From: Candidatus Nitrosothermus koennekii
GTDB lineage: Archaea; Thermoproteota; Nitrososphaeria; Nitrososphaerales; Nitrosocaldaceae
NCBI GenBank assembly: GCA_013538715.1
Contig: JACAFH010000003.1
Location: 35,478 to 59,477, forward strand
Reading direction: 5' to 3'
DNA: 24,000 nucleotides
Part shown: positions 23,592 through 24,000 of the stretch, piece by piece
Layout: each line of letters opens with the position of its first letter
Numbering within the stretch: the stretch's first letter is position 1
Position numbers and translations under genes: made by a program
Notes under the pieces: model-generated
The model's input: only the letters and a program-made list of their open reading frames with translations
Databases searched by the model: none
What the model was told of the DNA's origin: nothing

Positions 23592-24000
23592 TCATCTCCC
23601 TTTTATCTGAAAATCTTTCCTTAATGGTGGTATATCTGCCCAATCTTCTGGCAATAGTAATCTATCAAGCTTTCTATGATCTTTAAATACCACTCCAAGC
23701 ATCTCAAAAGTTTCCCTTTCATGATATTCAACTCCTTTATATATATTCATTAGCGTTGGCATTATTGGTTCGTCCCTTGCAAGCCTTACAGCTATTGTTA
23801 ACACTATGCCAAAATATGATTCGTTAGAGCATGAGTCAATATGATATGTTACTTCAATCTTACCATCTTTAGGATAATCTGTTCCTGCAACAGAGATTGG
23901 GTGATCAAAACCCATATCCTTAACGAATTTTGCAAACTCTATAATATCATCCTTACTAACCTCAAATTTTATTCGCTTTGTATTAATATAATTTGTCTTT
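23592..24000 (-). CDS. nuoC: NADH:quinone oxidoreductase subunit C (30-kDa subunit), N-terminus beyond right window edge
   Basis: The track lists 23592..23915 from an internal Met. By hand the frame stays open to position 24000 (..KTNYINTKRIKFEVSKDDIIEFAKFVKDMGFDHP..). The NuoC signature is VEYHERETFEMLGVVFKDHRKLDRLLLPEDW. Confidence 0.8.
   Translation of the reverse strand, partial: KTNYINTKRIKFEVSKDDIIEFAKFVKDMGFDHPISVAGTDYPKDGKIEVTYHIDSCSNESYFGIVLTIAVRLARDEPIMPTLMNIYKGVEYHERETFEMLGVVFKDHRKLDRLLLPEDWADIPPLRKDFQIKGR

Noticed and set aside
1-24000. Search for CRISPR arrays, IS elements, integrases, toxin-antitoxin or known defence modules
   Set aside because: I found no regularly spaced direct repeats, no transposase/integrase-like translations and no small paired ORFs with TA-like features. 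The P-loop and nuclease-fold proteins present (Clp1-like, RuvX-like, SMC) fit housekeeping roles better than defence roles.

Overview
AT-rich (about 30% GC by eye) archaeal chromosomal segment, roughly 90% coding, with purine-rich AGA/AGG/ATA/GAG/AAG codon usage. I support 26 complete CDS and one tRNA-Thr(GGU). Two further CDS are cut by the window edges: a CBS-pair protein at the left edge, which the ORF track misses, and nuoC at the right edge. The content is overwhelmingly housekeeping. It includes DnaG primase, a flavin-cofactor pair (wHTH-riboflavin kinase and FAD synthase RibL), heme O synthase, and a UbiD-family decarboxylase with two small upstream ORFs. It also includes a Clp1-type polynucleotide kinase, a RuvX/YqgF-like RNase H-fold protein, NAC, a PUA protein, deoxyhypusine synthase, and a CysRS-like ligase plus GNAT pair. 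The rest are a zinc-ribbon/SAM methyltransferase, SMC, A-ATPase subunit F, a TIGR00300-type enzyme and nuoC-D-H-I. I see no CRISPR array, IS/transposase, integrase, toxin-antitoxin or recognisable defence genes, so this does not look like an accessory island and I cannot point to a clear-cut novel system. Four items are most worth a second look. (1) A truncated CysRS paralogue with changed zinc-site residues is tightly coupled to a GNAT acetyltransferase, which follows MshC/MshD-like logic. (2) A 989-bp ORF-free gap sits exactly where the nuo operon stops after nuoI. (3) UbiD is preceded by a 100-aa ORF and a Cys-rich 77-aa zinc-ribbon ORF. (4) The RuvX-like gene has a probable 1-nt frameshift or non-AUG start at its 5' end. 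Lineage cannot be fixed from the sequence alone. All functional calls come from my own reading of motifs in the translations, not from database searches.
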